Of a stretch of 53,980 nucleotides of DNA, positions 44,146 to 53,980 are shown in pieces. The notes beneath the pieces are model-generated. The model made no database searches. It was not told the origin of the DNA and saw only the letters and a program-made list of their open reading frames with translations. The position numbers were made by a program, and so were the translations under genes. Where the stretch lies: contig JBGSNL010000057.1 in the NCBI GenBank assembly GCA_041739675.1, positions 1 to 53,980 of the forward strand, read 5' to 3'. The stretch is from a bacterium. GTDB lineage: Bacteria > UBA10199 > 2-02-FULL-44-16 > DYJF01. Position 1 is the first letter of the stretch. Every line of letters begins with the position of its first letter.

Positions 44146-45533
44146 ATAAGCCGTTTTTTATCGACACGCACGCGCATCTCACCTTTCCCGATTTCGACAA
44201 GGACAGGGCGGATGTCATCTCCCGTGCTCTGGAGGGAGGGCTGGAATACATAGTGACCATAGGCGCGGGCGAGGATCTGGAGGGGAATTCCAAGGCGGTG
44301 GCTCTTGCGGAGAAGGAAGCCAGAATCTACGCCGCGGTCGGTGTTCATCCCCATGACGTCTCGAAGATGGAAGACAAGTGGTTAGAGCAGATTGAAAAGT
44401 GGGCCAAACACGAGAAGGTCGTGGCGATAGGCGAGATCGGCCTCGATTTTTTCCGAAGCAAATCCCCGCACGATGTGCAGATAAAGCGCTTTCGCGAACA
44501 GCTTAAAATTGCGAAAGATTCCAATCTCCCGGTCATCATTCACGCAAGAGACGCCAACGAAGAGGCGTTGAAGATTCTTAAAGAGGACGGTCTTCCGGGT
44601 CGCGGGGGAATCTTCCACTGTTTTTCAGGGAATTCCCGGTTCGCGCAAGAGGTGGTGAGATTAGGATTTCTGATCTCTGTTCCGGGAGTCGTTACGTTCA
44701 AGAACGCGCTTGAACTTCAGGAGGTCGTTGCCGATATACCGCTCGAGAAGATTGTCATCGAGACCGACTGTCCTTTTCTCGCGCCGGAACCCCACCGCGG
44801 AAAGCGGAACGAGCCCGTGTTCGTAAAACACGTCGCTGAAAAGATCGCGGAGATAAAGGGGCTATCGGTTGAGGACGTTGCGCGCATCACGAGTCTTGCG
44901 GCGAAGCGCCTCTTCGCGCTTCCCGGCGCGGAACTTGTCCCCCAGATCGCATATCAGATCAGGAACTCGCTCTATCTCAACATCACGAACAAGTGCACGC
45001 TTTCGTGCACATTTTGCCCCAAGCATTCCGACTGGGAGGTGAAGGGCCATTACCTCAAGCTCACGCGCGAGCCGAACGTCGAGGAGATATTCCAGGCGAT
45101 CGGACAACCGGACAATTACGACGAAGTGGTTTTCTGCGGTTACGGCGAGCCCACCCACCGCCTTGAAGTGTTGAAGATCATAGCGGCCCGCATGAAGGAA
45201 AAGGGCGCCAAACGCGTGCGCCTCAACACCGACGGCCTCGCGAATCTTGTCTACGGTAGAAACGTCGCGGAGGAATTGAAAGGGATAATCGACTCCGTCT
45301 CGATATCGGTCAACGCGCCGAACGCGAAGTACTACGCAAAAATATGCCCCTCCGCCTACGGCGAGAAGGCTTACGCAGAGGTCATAAACTTTGTGCGCGA
45401 ATGCAAAAAGTTTGTTCCCGAAGTTGTCGTCACCGCTGTCGGTCTTCCCGGTTTTCCGCAAAAAGAGATGGAAGCGCTCGCTTCCGAGCTGGGCCTGGAG
45501 CTGCGCATGCGCGAGTATATGTGCCTTGGCTGA
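44142..45533 (+). CDS. TatD-family DNase fused to a TatD-associated radical SAM domain
   Basis: IDTHAH, GVHPH, AIGEIGLD, ETDCPFL; C-terminal SLYLNITNKCTLSCTFC, VFCGYGEP. Confidence 0.92.
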   Translation: MNKPFFIDTHAHLTFPDFDKDRADVISRALEGGLEYIVTIGAGEDLEGNSKAVALAEKEARIYAAVGVHPHDVSKMEDKWLEQIEKWAKHEKVVAIGEIGLDFFRSKSPHDVQIKRFREQLKIAKDSNLPVIIHARDANEEALKILKEDGLPGRGGIFHCFSGNSRFAQEVVRLGFLISVPGVVTFKNALELQEVVADIPLEKIVIETDCPFLAPEPHRGKRNEPVFVKHVAEKIAEIKGLSVEDVARITSLAAKRLFALPGAELVPQIAYQIRNSLYLNITNKCTLSCTFCPKHSDWEVKGHYLKLTREPNVEEIFQAIGQPDNYDEVVFCGYGEPTHRLEVLKIIAARMKEKGAKRVRLNTDGLANLVYGRNVAEELKGIIDSVSISVNAPNAKYYAKICPSAYGEKAYAEVINFVRECKKFVPEVVVTAVGLPGFPQKEMEALASELGLELRMREYMCLG

Positions 45534-45553
45534 TCAGTTGAAAAATCCACAAT

Positions 45554-45583
45554 AAAAAAGGCGCCCACGTGGAGCGCCTTTTT
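45554..45583. terminator. Bidirectional intrinsic terminator
   Basis: AAAAAGGCGC...GCGCCTTTTT between convergent genes. Confidence 0.8.
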
Positions 45584-45608
45584 CATAGTCAAAATTTTTG
45601 AGAGCTGA

Positions 45609-45881
45609 CTACTGCGTCCAGTCCTTCAGCTGCTTGCCCGGCTTAAAACGCGGGACGTTGCGAGCCTTAATCTGGATTTCGGCTCCGGTCTGCGGGTTGC
45701 GGCCGGTGCGGGCTTTCCTCTTCGAAACATAGAATGTTCCAAAGCCGGTCAGCGTGATCTTGTCCTTGCGGCGCAGGCACTTAGAAACGTTGTGCGTCAC
45801 CGAATTGAGGACGTTCTCCGCCATCGCCTTAGAAATTTTGCAATCCTTCGCGATGTAGCTTACCAATTCTGCTTTTGTCAT
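45609..45881 (-). CDS. hup: HU family DNA-binding protein
   Basis: MTKAELV, GFGTF...RKARTGRNPQTG..I.I......FKPGK.LK. Confidence 0.92.
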   Translation of the reverse strand: MTKAELVSYIAKDCKISKAMAENVLNSVTHNVSKCLRRKDKITLTGFGTFYVSKRKARTGRNPQTGAEIQIKARNVPRFKPGKQLKDWTQ

Positions 45882-45952
45882 GATGTCACCCCCTTTCCTC
45901 TTTTAGATTTCAAAACCAGCATCAATGCGTATTTGCTGTTTTTGATGACGCA

Positions 45953-45981
45953 AAATTACAGGAGAGGTGCTGATATGTCAA
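45953..45981 (-). promoter_or_regulatory. Putative sigma70 promoter of hup
   Basis: Minus strand TTGACA-N17-TAATTT. Confidence 0.5.
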
Positions 45982-46067
45982 ACAAAAATGTCGCGTGCGA
46001 TCATTATTTTTAAAGCTTTTGCGGGGAGGTGATATTTTGCATCTTGACTTTTTCCCCCTGTTTTCCA

Positions 46068-46083
46068 TGCAACGAGCATGCCA
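46068..46083 (-). promoter_or_regulatory. Putative sigma54 promoter oriented towards hup
   Basis: Minus strand TGGCAT-GCTCG-TTGCA. Confidence 0.5.
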
Positions 46084-46148
46084 TCAAAGCCTTATACGAC
46101 GCCAATTGGCGGGTGATAATCCGCGGCCGAAACCATCTCAAGTTTGAT

Positions 46149-46177
46149 TTGACATTTTTGTCCCTCATGCTCATAAT
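46149..46177 (+). promoter_or_regulatory. Putative sigma70 promoter of gyrA
   Basis: TTGACA-N17-CATAAT. Confidence 0.6.
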
Positions 46178-46209
46178 CGCGCAAATTTTCAATTTGCGGA
46201 TGGAGAATC

Positions 46210-48660
46210 ATGGATCATTCAGCCGAAGTACTGCCCATAAACATAGAAGACGAGATGAGGGCTTCCTACCTTGATTACGCCATGAGCGTGATCATAGGCA
46301 GGGCGCTTCCCGATATCAGAGACGGCTTGAAACCCGCCCACAGACGTATACTGTATGCAATGTACAGGGAAGGGCTCCTCTCCAATAAGCGATATTCAAA
46401 GTGCGCAGGCGTGGTCGGCGAAGTGCTGAAGAAATACCATCCGCACGGCGACGCGGCGGTTTACGATACGTTGGTGAGGATGGCCCAGGAGTGGAACCTC
46501 CGCTATCCTTTGATAGACGGACAGGGAAACTTCGGCTCAATCGACGGCGACTCCGCCGCCGCATATCGTTACACAGAGGCCAAGCTCAAGGCCATAGCAG
46601 AAGAGCTCCTGGCCGATATCGACGAATCCACCGTGGACTTCACGCCCAATTTCGACGGCTCCACGGTCGAGCCCGTGGTTTTGCCGTCCAGGATACCCAA
46701 CCTTCTGGTCAACGGCTCTGACGGCATCGCAGTGGGCATGGCCACAAAGATACCGCCCCACAACTTGAACGAAGTGGTGGATGGCCTCATAGCGCTGATT
46801 GCCAAGCCCGACATGACGGTCAAGGATCTCCGGGCCCACATCAAGGGGCCGGATTTTCCGACGGGCGGTTTCATCCACGGCACGGAAGGGATCAAGAACG
46901 CGTACGAGACGGGGCGCGGTTCCATGCAGATGCGCGGACGCGCGATGATCGAGCCCATGGCCAAGGGCGACAAAGAGTCCATTGTCATCACCGAAATTCC
47001 CTATCAGATAAACAAGACAAAACTCATCGAGCGCATCGCGGATCTGATCGAAGAGGACAAGATTTCAGGCGTGGCCGATCTTCGAGACGAATCCGACCGC
47101 GACGGCATGCGCGTCGTGGTGGAGCTCAAACGCGGAACGGTTGCGGGCGTTGTGATGAACCAACTCTACGCCCAGACGCCGCTGCAGACATCGTTCGGCG
47201 CAATCCTTCTTGCCATAGTCAACGGCCAGCCAAAGATCGTGAATCTCAAGGAGGCGCTCCAGCTCTTCGTCGATCACAGGAAAGAAGTTGTCATAAGAAG
47301 GACGACCCACCGCCTCAAAGAGACGGAAAAAAGACTTCACATATTGGAAGGCTTGAAGATCGCGCTCGACAATATCGACGCGGTTATCGCCCTCATCAAG
47401 AAATCAAAAGAGCCGTCCGTAGCCAGGGTCGGCCTGATGAAGGAGTTCAAGCTCTCCGAGGTCCAGGCGCAGGCGATCCTTGAGATGAGATTGCAGCGTT
47501 TGACCGGCCTCGAGCGCCAGAAGCTGGCGGACGAATATGAAGCGGTAAAAAAACTCATGAAGGAGCTCAAGACGATTTTGGAAGACGAGCGTCTCGTGAT
47601 GAAAATCATCGTGGATGAGTTGACAGAGGTGAAGGAAAAATACGGCGATGCGCGCCGCACGGTGATTCAGGCCAAGACCGAGGAGCTCTCCGTCGAGGAC
47701 CTGATCCAGGAAGAGGAGATGGTCGTCACGGTCTCCCATCGCGGCTATATCAAGAGGAACCCCATCAGCATCTACCGCGCGCAGCGCAGGGGCGGCAAGG
47801 GCAAGACCGGAATGTCCACGCGCGAAGAGGATTTTGTCGAGGATCTGTTCATCGCCTCCACGCACAGCTATATAATGATATTCTCTTCATCGGGCAAAGT
47901 GTTCTGGCTCAAGGTGCATGAGCTGCCGCAGGTTGGCAGGGTGGCGCGCGGCCAGCCCATTACTTCACTCATACGCATGCCATCGGACGATCACGTGGCG
48001 GCCATCTTACCAGTGATGGATTTCAAAGAGGGCCACTTCATAGTGATGGCCACAAAAAAGGGCGTGATCAAAAAAACGGAGCTCATGGCGTTTTCAAATC
48101 CGCGTCCGGGCGGGATCATAGCCACGACGGTTGACGAGGGCGACGAGCTCATCTCCGCCCATTTATCTTCCGGCCATCAGGAAATTCTCATCTCCACGAA
48201 AGAAGGGCAGGCGATCCGCTTCCCCGAGGGCGACGTGCGCGACATGGGAAGATCGGCGCGCGGCGTGCGCGGCATTTCGCTTGGGGGTAAGGACGAAGTT
48301 GTCAGCATGGAAGTCTTGTCATCCGATGCGAGCGTTCTCACCGTCACCGAGAACGGCTACGGCAAGAGATCGGAGCTTTCCGAATATCGCGTCCAGTCGC
48401 GCGGAGGCTCGGGAATAATCACGATCAAGGTCTCGGAGAGAAACGGGCCGGTCGTGAGCGCGCGCCAGGTCACCGACGCGGACGACATCATGCTCGTCAC
48501 CGACGGCGGAAAAGTCATAAGAAGCCGCGCGAAGGAAATACCCACCATAGGCCGCAACACTCAAGGGGTGCGCCTCATATCCATAGACGAGGGCGAGAAG
48601 GTCGTCTCTGTCGCCAGACTCGCCGAGGATAATGAGGATGAAGGGGAAGTCTCTGCGTAG
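46210..48660 (+). CDS. gyrA: DNA gyrase subunit A
   Basis: SYLDYAMSVI.GRALPD.RDGLKP, YHPHGD, AAAYRYTE, GyrA box QRRGGKG, beta-pinwheel repeats. Confidence 0.97.
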   Translation: MDHSAEVLPINIEDEMRASYLDYAMSVIIGRALPDIRDGLKPAHRRILYAMYREGLLSNKRYSKCAGVVGEVLKKYHPHGDAAVYDTLVRMAQEWNLRYPLIDGQGNFGSIDGDSAAAYRYTEAKLKAIAEELLADIDESTVDFTPNFDGSTVEPVVLPSRIPNLLVNGSDGIAVGMATKIPPHNLNEVVDGLIALIAKPDMTVKDLRAHIKGPDFPTGGFIHGTEGIKNAYETGRGSMQMRGRAMIEPMAKGDKESIVITEIPYQINKTKLIERIADLIEEDKISGVADLRDESDRDGMRVVVELKRGTVAGVVMNQLYAQTPLQTSFGAILLAIVNGQPKIVNLKEALQLFVDHRKEVVIRRTTHRLKETEKRLHILEGLKIALDNIDAVIALIKKSKEPSVARVGLMKEFKLSEVQAQAILEMRLQRLTGLERQKLADEYEAVKKLMKELKTILEDERLVMKIIVDELTEVKEKYGDARRTVIQAKTEELSVEDLIQEEEMVVTVSHRGYIKRNPISIYRAQRRGGKGKTGMSTREEDFVEDLFIASTHSYIMIFSSSGKVFWLKVHELPQVGRVARGQPITSLIRMPSDDHVAAILPVMDFKEGHFIVMATKKGVIKKTELMAFSNPRPGGIIATTVDEGDELISAHLSSGHQEILISTKEGQAIRFPEGDVRDMGRSARGVRGISLGGKDEVVSMEVLSSDASVLTVTENGYGKRSELSEYRVQSRGGSGIITIKVSERNGPVVSARQVTDADDIMLVTDGGKVIRSRAKEIPTIGRNTQGVRLISIDEGEKVVSVARLAEDNEDEGEVSA

Positions 48661-49507
48661 ATATCTTTTCATAGGCCTTGTCCTCATTTTTCTGGTCTCC
48701 TGCACGAAACTCACGTTCGACGAATCGTACAGGCGCGCGGAAGGCGAGATCGGTCTCGGCAATTATACGAAGGCCGTGAAGATCTACGACCGTCTCGTCA
48801 AAAATAATCCCAATGATGCGCGCACTGCCGTGATCTGGCTCAGGTTGGGCGATCTTTATGCGAACCCCCTGGGAGATGTGAAGAGGGGACTCGCTGCATA
48901 TCAGCAGGCGATCGAAGCCGCGCCTACTTCCGAAGCGGCGCGTCTTGCGCACGAGCGCCGCGCTGTCCTTTTCGAAAAGGAGAACCACCCTTTGGGCAGC
49001 GTGGAGGAATACACCGCGCTTCTCAAATATTTCCCCGGCCACGACGATGCCCAGATGTATAAGATGAAACTGGGCGAGGCCTACATAATGGGAAACGAGT
49101 TCCAGCAGGCGCGCACCGAGCTCAGGGGTTTTGTCGAGAAAACCGGTGTCGCGCCGGAATTTCGCTATCGTGCCCTCTTCAATATTGGGGAGACATATTT
49201 TCTGGAGGGAAAGCCCGGGAAGGCGGTGAGGTTTTACTATGCGATGCTCAAAGAGGCACCTAAATCTGCTCTTGCCGGAGAGGCGGAGTTGCGCGTCGCT
49301 ACCTGTCTGGAAGAGATGGGGTACCTTGGCACGGCACACAAATTCGCCCAGGACGCAAAGAAACGATATCCAAATGAAGCGGTCGTCGAAGGGCGCCTGA
49401 AGGGGATTGAAAACAGGGGAAAGAGCTCGAACAAGGTCAAAAACACCGACAATGCGGAAACCGGCAAAACCGCGTCGGAAGTGGAAGAGAAGCCGCCAAT
49501 ACAGTAA
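48638..49507 (+). CDS. TPR-repeat lipoprotein (BamD/CpoB-like)
   Basis: Hydrophobic N-terminus with LVS-C lipobox; multiple TPRs; overlaps the gyrA end (alternative start 48632). Confidence 0.75.
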   Translation: MKGKSLRRYLFIGLVLIFLVSCTKLTFDESYRRAEGEIGLGNYTKAVKIYDRLVKNNPNDARTAVIWLRLGDLYANPLGDVKRGLAAYQQAIEAAPTSEAARLAHERRAVLFEKENHPLGSVEEYTALLKYFPGHDDAQMYKMKLGEAYIMGNEFQQARTELRGFVEKTGVAPEFRYRALFNIGETYFLEGKPGKAVRFYYAMLKEAPKSALAGEAELRVATCLEEMGYLGTAHKFAQDAKKRYPNEAVVEGRLKGIENRGKSSNKVKNTDNAETGKTASEVEEKPPIQ

Positions 49508-49567
49508 AAATCGCCAAAAATGGTTTACAATCAGGCATTTTTTATATACGAACACTAAGGAGATTTT

Positions 49568-49595
49568 ACTGATCACTGATCACCAATCACTGGTT
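49568..49595. repeat. Short heptamer tandem repeat in the ndk leader
   Basis: ACTGATC-ACTGATC-ACCAATC-ACTGGTT. Confidence 0.5.
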
Positions 49596-49611
49596 TTCTA
49601 AGGAGGAACAC

Positions 49612-50046
49612 ATGGCAGTGGAAAGGACGTTGGGAGTGGTTAAACCGGACGCGCTGGAAAAGGGCGTTATCGGCGAAATTCTGAAGCGGGCCGAGGATGC
49701 AAACCTCAAGATGGTCGCCTGCAAGATGATGAAATTAGACAAGAAAAGGGCCGAGGGTTTCTACGCCGTGCACAAGGGCAAGCCCTTTTTTGATAGCTTG
49801 GTGACATTCATGACATCAGGCCCGGTGCTCATCTTCACTTTGGAAGGTGACAATGCAATCAAGACGTGGCGCAAGGTGATGGGGGCCACAAATCCCGAAG
49901 AGGCGGCGGACGGCACGATCAGAAAAGATTTCGGATCGTCAATCGAGAAGAACGCGGTTCACGGTTCCGACGCGCCTGACACGGCAAAGTTTGAAGTCTC
50001 CTATTTCTTTGAGACCCACGATATCGTAAGTTACGAATGGCTTTAA
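49612..50046 (+). CDS. ndk: Nucleoside diphosphate kinase
   Basis: [37 protein letters not shown]. Confidence 0.97.
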   Translation: MAVERTLGVVKPDALEKGVIGEILKRAEDANLKMVACKMMKLDKKRAEGFYAVHKGKPFFDSLVTFMTSGPVLIFTLEGDNAIKTWRKVMGATNPEEAADGTIRKDFGSSIEKNAVHGSDAPDTAKFEVSYFFETHDIVSYEWL

Positions 50047-50462
50047 AATCTTATGAGGTGATCGATCACACCGCAGATATAGGCATCCGCGTCGCGGGCG
50101 AAAACAGGGAAGAACTCTTCATCCGCGCCGCGGAGGCCATGTTCGATGTGATGGTCGCTTCCAAACCCAATCTCACCGCATCAATCAATGTCCCCATAGA
50201 TGTAGAGGCCCAAAAGCCCGACGAGCTCCTTGTCAAATGGCTGCAGGAACTTTTGTACGTCTTCGACACGCGCCATCTGGTCCTTTCCCATTTTTACATC
50301 GATAAACTCACGGATACGTCTCTTTCAGGAAGCGCCAAGGGGATGAAGTTCGACAAGCTCCGCCACGAAATGCTCCGCCAGATCAAGGCGGTCACCTACC
50401 ACAAGCTCTCCCTTGAGAAGGCCGGCGACTGCTGGCACGCGCAGATAATCTTCGATATTTGA
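50037..50462 (+). CDS. Archease
   Basis: [12 protein letters not shown] and IKAVTYH...IIFDI signature; directly upstream of rtcB. Confidence 0.93.
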   Translation: MALKSYEVIDHTADIGIRVAGENREELFIRAAEAMFDVMVASKPNLTASINVPIDVEAQKPDELLVKWLQELLYVFDTRHLVLSHFYIDKLTDTSLSGSAKGMKFDKLRHEMLRQIKAVTYHKLSLEKAGDCWHAQIIFDI

Positions 50463-50472
50463 AAGGCGATTT

Positions 50473-51909
50473 ATGGACATCGAGCGCATCAACGATTTTT
50501 GCTGGCGCATACCGAAGCACGGCGCCATGCGCGTCGACGGGATCATCTATGCATCAAAACGCATGCTAGATGACATTTTGAAGGATGAATCCTGCCAGCA
50601 GGTCATGAACGTCGCGTGCCTTCCCGGAATAGTGAGGGCGTCTTTGGCGATGCCGGACATCCACTGGGGTTACGGTTTTCCCATCGGGGGTGTCGCTGCC
50701 TTCGACATGGAAGAGGGCATCATCTCGCCGGGAGGGGTGGGCTACGATATCAACTGCGGAGTGCGTCTTCTGCGCACAGATCTTCCCGCAAAAGATATTC
50801 TCGAAAAAAAGCGGGAGATAGTGAATCACCTCTTCCGCGAAATCCCCACCGGAGTCGGCGCGCATCATCGTGATTTCACATTGAGCCACGATGATTTGAG
50901 AGACGTGCTGAAAGAAGGCGCAAAGTGGGCGGTGAGGCGGGGCTTCGGAGATGAAAACGATCTGGCCCACATTGAAGCGGGCGGATGCATTCACGGTGCC
51001 GATCCGCAAGCGGTGAGCGAGCGCGCAAAAGAGCGTGGAAAAGATCAGCTTGGAACTTTGGGGAGCGGCAACCATTTTGTCGAGATTCAGGAGGTGGAAG
51101 AGATCTACGACGAGGTGGCCGCAAGTGTGATGGGACTTTTCAAGGGGCAGATGACGATAACCGTTCACACCGGTTCGCGCGGGCTTGGCCACCAGATATG
51201 CGACGACCACATTGAAATAATGCTCGCGGCGTCGCGAAAATACAAAATAGAACTTCCCGATAAACAACTTTGCTGCGCGCCTATAAATTCGCCGGAAGGA
51301 AAACGTTATTTTGCGGCGATGGCTGCGGGCGCCAACTTCGCGTTTGCAAACAGGCAGATGATAACGCACTGGGTCCGCGAAACGCTTGAAAAGGTTCTTC
51401 ACATGGGGCCGGCCGATCTGGGAATCGCGCCCGTTTATGACGTCTGCCACAACATCGCAAAATTTGAAGAGCACATCGTCGGCAATTCTTCGCGGAAAGT
51501 CTGCGTCCACAGAAAAGGCGCCACGCGCGCATATCCCGCAAAGCATCCCGAAGTTCCGGCGGTTTATCGGGAAATCGGCCAGCCGGTTTTGATCCCCGGC
51601 GACATGGGCCGCTATTCCTTCGTTCTTGTCGGAACTCAAAAGGCGATGGAAGAAACGTTCGGCTCCACGTGCCACGGCGCGGGGCGCCTCATGAGCAGGC
51701 ACGCGGCGAAGAAGTTGTGCCGCGGCCGCGACATCGAAGCGGAACTGGCAGAAAAGGGAATCATCGTGCGCGGGGCTTCGCGCGAAACCGTAGTCGAAGA
51801 GGTGCCGGAGGCCTACAAAGACGTCGCGGATGTCGTCGACGCCGTCGCCGGCGCAGGCATCTCCAAAAAAGTTGCGAAATTGAAACCGCTGGGTGTGATA
51901 AAAGGTTAA
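50473..51909 (+). CDS. rtcB: RNA-splicing/repair ligase RtcB
   Basis: MPDIHWGYGFPIGG, GYDINCG, LGSGNHF, HTGSRG, HRKGATRA, CHGAGR, EAYKDV. Confidence 0.95.
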   Translation: MDIERINDFCWRIPKHGAMRVDGIIYASKRMLDDILKDESCQQVMNVACLPGIVRASLAMPDIHWGYGFPIGGVAAFDMEEGIISPGGVGYDINCGVRLLRTDLPAKDILEKKREIVNHLFREIPTGVGAHHRDFTLSHDDLRDVLKEGAKWAVRRGFGDENDLAHIEAGGCIHGADPQAVSERAKERGKDQLGTLGSGNHFVEIQEVEEIYDEVAASVMGLFKGQMTITVHTGSRGLGHQICDDHIEIMLAASRKYKIELPDKQLCCAPINSPEGKRYFAAMAAGANFAFANRQMITHWVRETLEKVLHMGPADLGIAPVYDVCHNIAKFEEHIVGNSSRKVCVHRKGATRAYPAKHPEVPAVYREIGQPVLIPGDMGRYSFVLVGTQKAMEETFGSTCHGAGRLMSRHAAKKLCRGRDIEAELAEKGIIVRGASRETVVEEVPEAYKDVADVVDAVAGAGISKKVAKLKPLGVIKG

Positions 51910-52907
51910 CGGGTTGCAGCTTTAGGATTTGCTTCGAGGAACTTCAGGAATTTTTCAATTAGCTTCGGATCCCAGAGCCCCTTCTGGGTTTCTTCCGTCA
52001 GCATCGCGATCGTCTCTTCAAGCGTGAATGCGCGCTTGTAGGGGCGGATTCTCATCATGGCGTCGTACGCATCGACCAACTGAAAGACACGCGCAAGATA
52101 TGGAATCGATTCCCCCACGAGACCGTCGGGATAGCCGGTGCCGTTCCACCTTTCATGGTGATGGCGGATCACGGGGCAGACGTCCTTGAGCGACCTTAGC
52201 GGATGGCAGATCTCCTCGCCCACAACGGGGTGCGTGCGCATGACTTCCCATTCCCCCTCTGTGAGCTTTCCCGGTTTCATGAGAATGAGATCGGGAATTG
52301 CGATCTTTCCCACATCGTGAAGGATTGAGGCGCGCATCAGAATGCGGCGTTCCTTTTCGCTGAGCCCCAGAAATTTGCCGAAATCGTCGGTCAGGCGGAT
52401 CAAGCTGTCGCAATGATCGGCCGTCGTCTGATCTTTTGCCTCGACGGCGCGGGCGAGGCTCAAGACGATCGCCTCGGCATGTTCCAGCTCGTCATTCAAC
52501 CTCTTGACCTTGGCCAGCGCCTTGACCCGCGCGATGAGTTCAAGACGGTCGATGGGTTTGCTGATAAATTCGTCGCACCCGGACTCAAAGCCCTTGATCT
52601 TATCCTCGCGCTCCCTCAGGGCAGTGACTATAATGATGGGGATGAGGCGTGTTTCTTCGCTGCTCTTCAGCCTTTTGCAAACTTCAAATCCGTCCATTCC
52701 CGGCATCATCACATCTAGCAGTATGACGTCGGGCAAATGATCTTTAACGCTGTCCAGTGCCTCTTTGCCCGACGCCACAAGTTTCACCTTGAATCCCTGC
52801 GACACGAGCATCTTCTCGATGACGGCGAGGTTCGTCCTGTCGTCGTCAACAACAAGGACGTTTACGGCATCTTCCGTTTCAGGCTGTTTTAGGTTGATAG
52901 GTGCCAT
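51906..52907 (-). CDS. Response regulator receiver + HD-GYP c-di-GMP phosphodiesterase
   Basis: VLVVDD..LDVMMPGMDG..KP receiver; LHDVGK, HHERWNGTGYP. Confidence 0.92.
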   Translation of the reverse strand: MAPINLKQPETEDAVNVLVVDDDRTNLAVIEKMLVSQGFKVKLVASGKEALDSVKDHLPDVILLDVMMPGMDGFEVCKRLKSSEETRLIPIIIVTALREREDKIKGFESGCDEFISKPIDRLELIARVKALAKVKRLNDELEHAEAIVLSLARAVEAKDQTTADHCDSLIRLTDDFGKFLGLSEKERRILMRASILHDVGKIAIPDLILMKPGKLTEGEWEVMRTHPVVGEEICHPLRSLKDVCPVIRHHHERWNGTGYPDGLVGESIPYLARVFQLVDAYDAMMRIRPYKRAFTLEETIAMLTEETQKGLWDPKLIEKFLKFLEANPKAATR

Positions 52908-52966
52908 ATCTCAAATGAAAAGGTACTGCCGGTTTTGACTGAAGTCAATGTCTCCGTGCATGTCGA

Positions 52967-53272
52967 TCATTCAACCGGTTCTTCTTCAGGTTTTTTCTTC
53001 TTATCCGCTTTTTTTATCGTTGTTGTCGATTCGTAGTACTGCGCGTTCGGATCATAGTCACGTTTATAACCCTCTTTGTCCGTTCCCTCGTACTTTTTAT
53101 TTTCCTGGCGGTAATATGGATCCGATCCCACGTGGATGTCAGAGGGATGCTCCTTCACCTGATCTTTCGGGAAGACAAGCTCCTGACCCGGTCTTTGATC
53201 TTGCGCCGGCGAAATCGACACGAATCCAAGCATCAAAAATACGGCCGCTATTGATATGATGATCTTTCCCAT
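52967..53272 (-). CDS. Secreted hypothetical protein
   Basis: Signal peptide MGKIIISIAAVFLMLGFVSISPA-Q; hydrophilic remainder; SD GGAG. Confidence 0.6.
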   Translation of the reverse strand: MGKIIISIAAVFLMLGFVSISPAQDQRPGQELVFPKDQVKEHPSDIHVGSDPYYRQENKKYEGTDKEGYKRDYDPNAQYYESTTTIKKADKKKKPEEEPVE

Positions 53273-53296
53273 TTTAGACTCCGGAGCTGGAAATTG

Positions 53297-53731
53297 TTAC
53301 TTAGGCTTTCTCACGATTTCGTTTCCTTTGAGTGTTTTTTTGCTCTTATCCATGAACTGCACTTCGATCTTGTCGTTGTCGATCTTTTTCACAGTGGCCG
53401 TCCGCCATATGTCACCCTGCGCCTTGGCTACTACCTGATCGCCCGTCTTGAAGCAGGGATAGCTGTCTTTTTTGTAGAGCACGTCCGGATGCGGCACCAC
53501 TTCACTTGACTTCATGCTGCCAAGGCCGCCCTCTGCGTCTTTCACCGTGACGTTGCCCTTGGAAATTTTGTCCACCTTTGAAACCTGCCAGTTCGGTCCC
53601 GCAAGCGGGGCGATTACCTTCATGCCCGCCCTGAGCTCGACTATTTCAGGCTCCTGGCATATCGCCCACGCCTTGCCCGCAAATACCGCGAAACACACTA
53701 AAGAGACGAGACCGATTCTTGTCCATTTCAT
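53297..53731 (-). CDS. Secreted tandem Tudor/Agenet-like protein, paralogue of 14825-15256
   Basis: Signal peptide (AWA-I); shared CxEP...L.AG.KV.A and PCFKTGD.V.A...GD.W..A motifs. Confidence 0.65.
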   Translation of the reverse strand: MKWTRIGLVSLVCFAVFAGKAWAICQEPEIVELRAGMKVIAPLAGPNWQVSKVDKISKGNVTVKDAEGGLGSMKSSEVVPHPDVLYKKDSYPCFKTGDQVVAKAQGDIWRTATVKKIDNDKIEVQFMDKSKKTLKGNEIVRKPK

Positions 53732-53744
53732 AGCCCCTCCTTGT

Positions 53745-53980
53745 TTATCTTCCCGAAAACATCATGAATATGCCAATGGCGGTCAACGCCGCGCCGAAAA
53801 TTCTTTTCATAAGTGTGGGTGAAATATTAACGGCATAAGACGCGCCGATGTAGCCGCCGATTATGAAGGTGGCAGCGATGATGAGCGCCGCCTTCAGATG
53901 AACGTTGCCCGCCTGCCAGTAGCGGTAAGCCGCAAGAATTCCGATGGGGGGGAGCAAGACCGCAAGAGAGGTCCCCTGCG
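53745..53980 (-). CDS. Sulfite exporter TauE/SafE family membrane protein (3' part; start lies outside the window)
   Basis: (A)QGTSLAVLLPPIGILAAYRYWQAGNV...GGYIGA...LMKRIFG. Confidence 0.8.
   Translation of the reverse strand, partial: QGTSLAVLLPPIGILAAYRYWQAGNVHLKAALIIAATFIIGGYIGASYAVNISPTLMKRIFGAALTAIGIFMMFSGR

Noticed and set aside
44142..45533. TatD-radical SAM fusion as a novelty
   Set aside because: TatD-associated radical SAM proteins and their fusions are an established arrangement

Overview
Bacterial chromosomal window, probably from a deltaproteobacteria-like lineage (inferred from the Myxococcus-type Cys-rich repeat protein, archease-RtcB pair, TatD-radical SAM fusion and sigma54 promoters). 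The first ~14.8 kb is a visibly AT-richer accessory/defence island. It holds a type I restriction-modification operon (hsdR-hsdS-DUF4268-like gene-hsdM) and an uncharacterised coupled pair (247-aa HEPN-like protein plus a ~960-aa helical protein). It then has a modular region where a ~35-bp GC-rich hairpin recurs three times and separates an MNT-HEPN pair, two near-identical HExxH metallopeptidase genes, an inverted-repeat-flanked HUH/Y1 (RAYT-like) transposase, a secreted (TGPGGGLS)n protein and a RelE-HigA pair. A homologous sigma54-type leader precedes both toxin-antitoxin pairs. The rest is mostly housekeeping (APC permease, ettA, uup, SPFH, SWIB, ychF, rimO, radical SAM, rng, rplU-rpmA-obgE-rsfS-gpmI-comF-suhB, tatD, hup, gyrA, ndk-archease-rtcB, HD-GYP regulator). 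Notable orphans: a lipoprotein with CD38/ADP-ribosyl cyclase-like motifs, two paralogous transglutaminase-like TPR proteins behind a shared GCAACTTT...GCCGATAA promoter motif, two secreted tandem-Tudor-like paralogues, a Cys-rich surface protein ending in GGGCSLIVR, a structured palindromic element in frame in a radical SAM gene, and two copies of a 55-bp REP-like palindrome. No rRNA, tRNA or CRISPR array was seen. All family calls come from motif recognition by eye; no searches were run.
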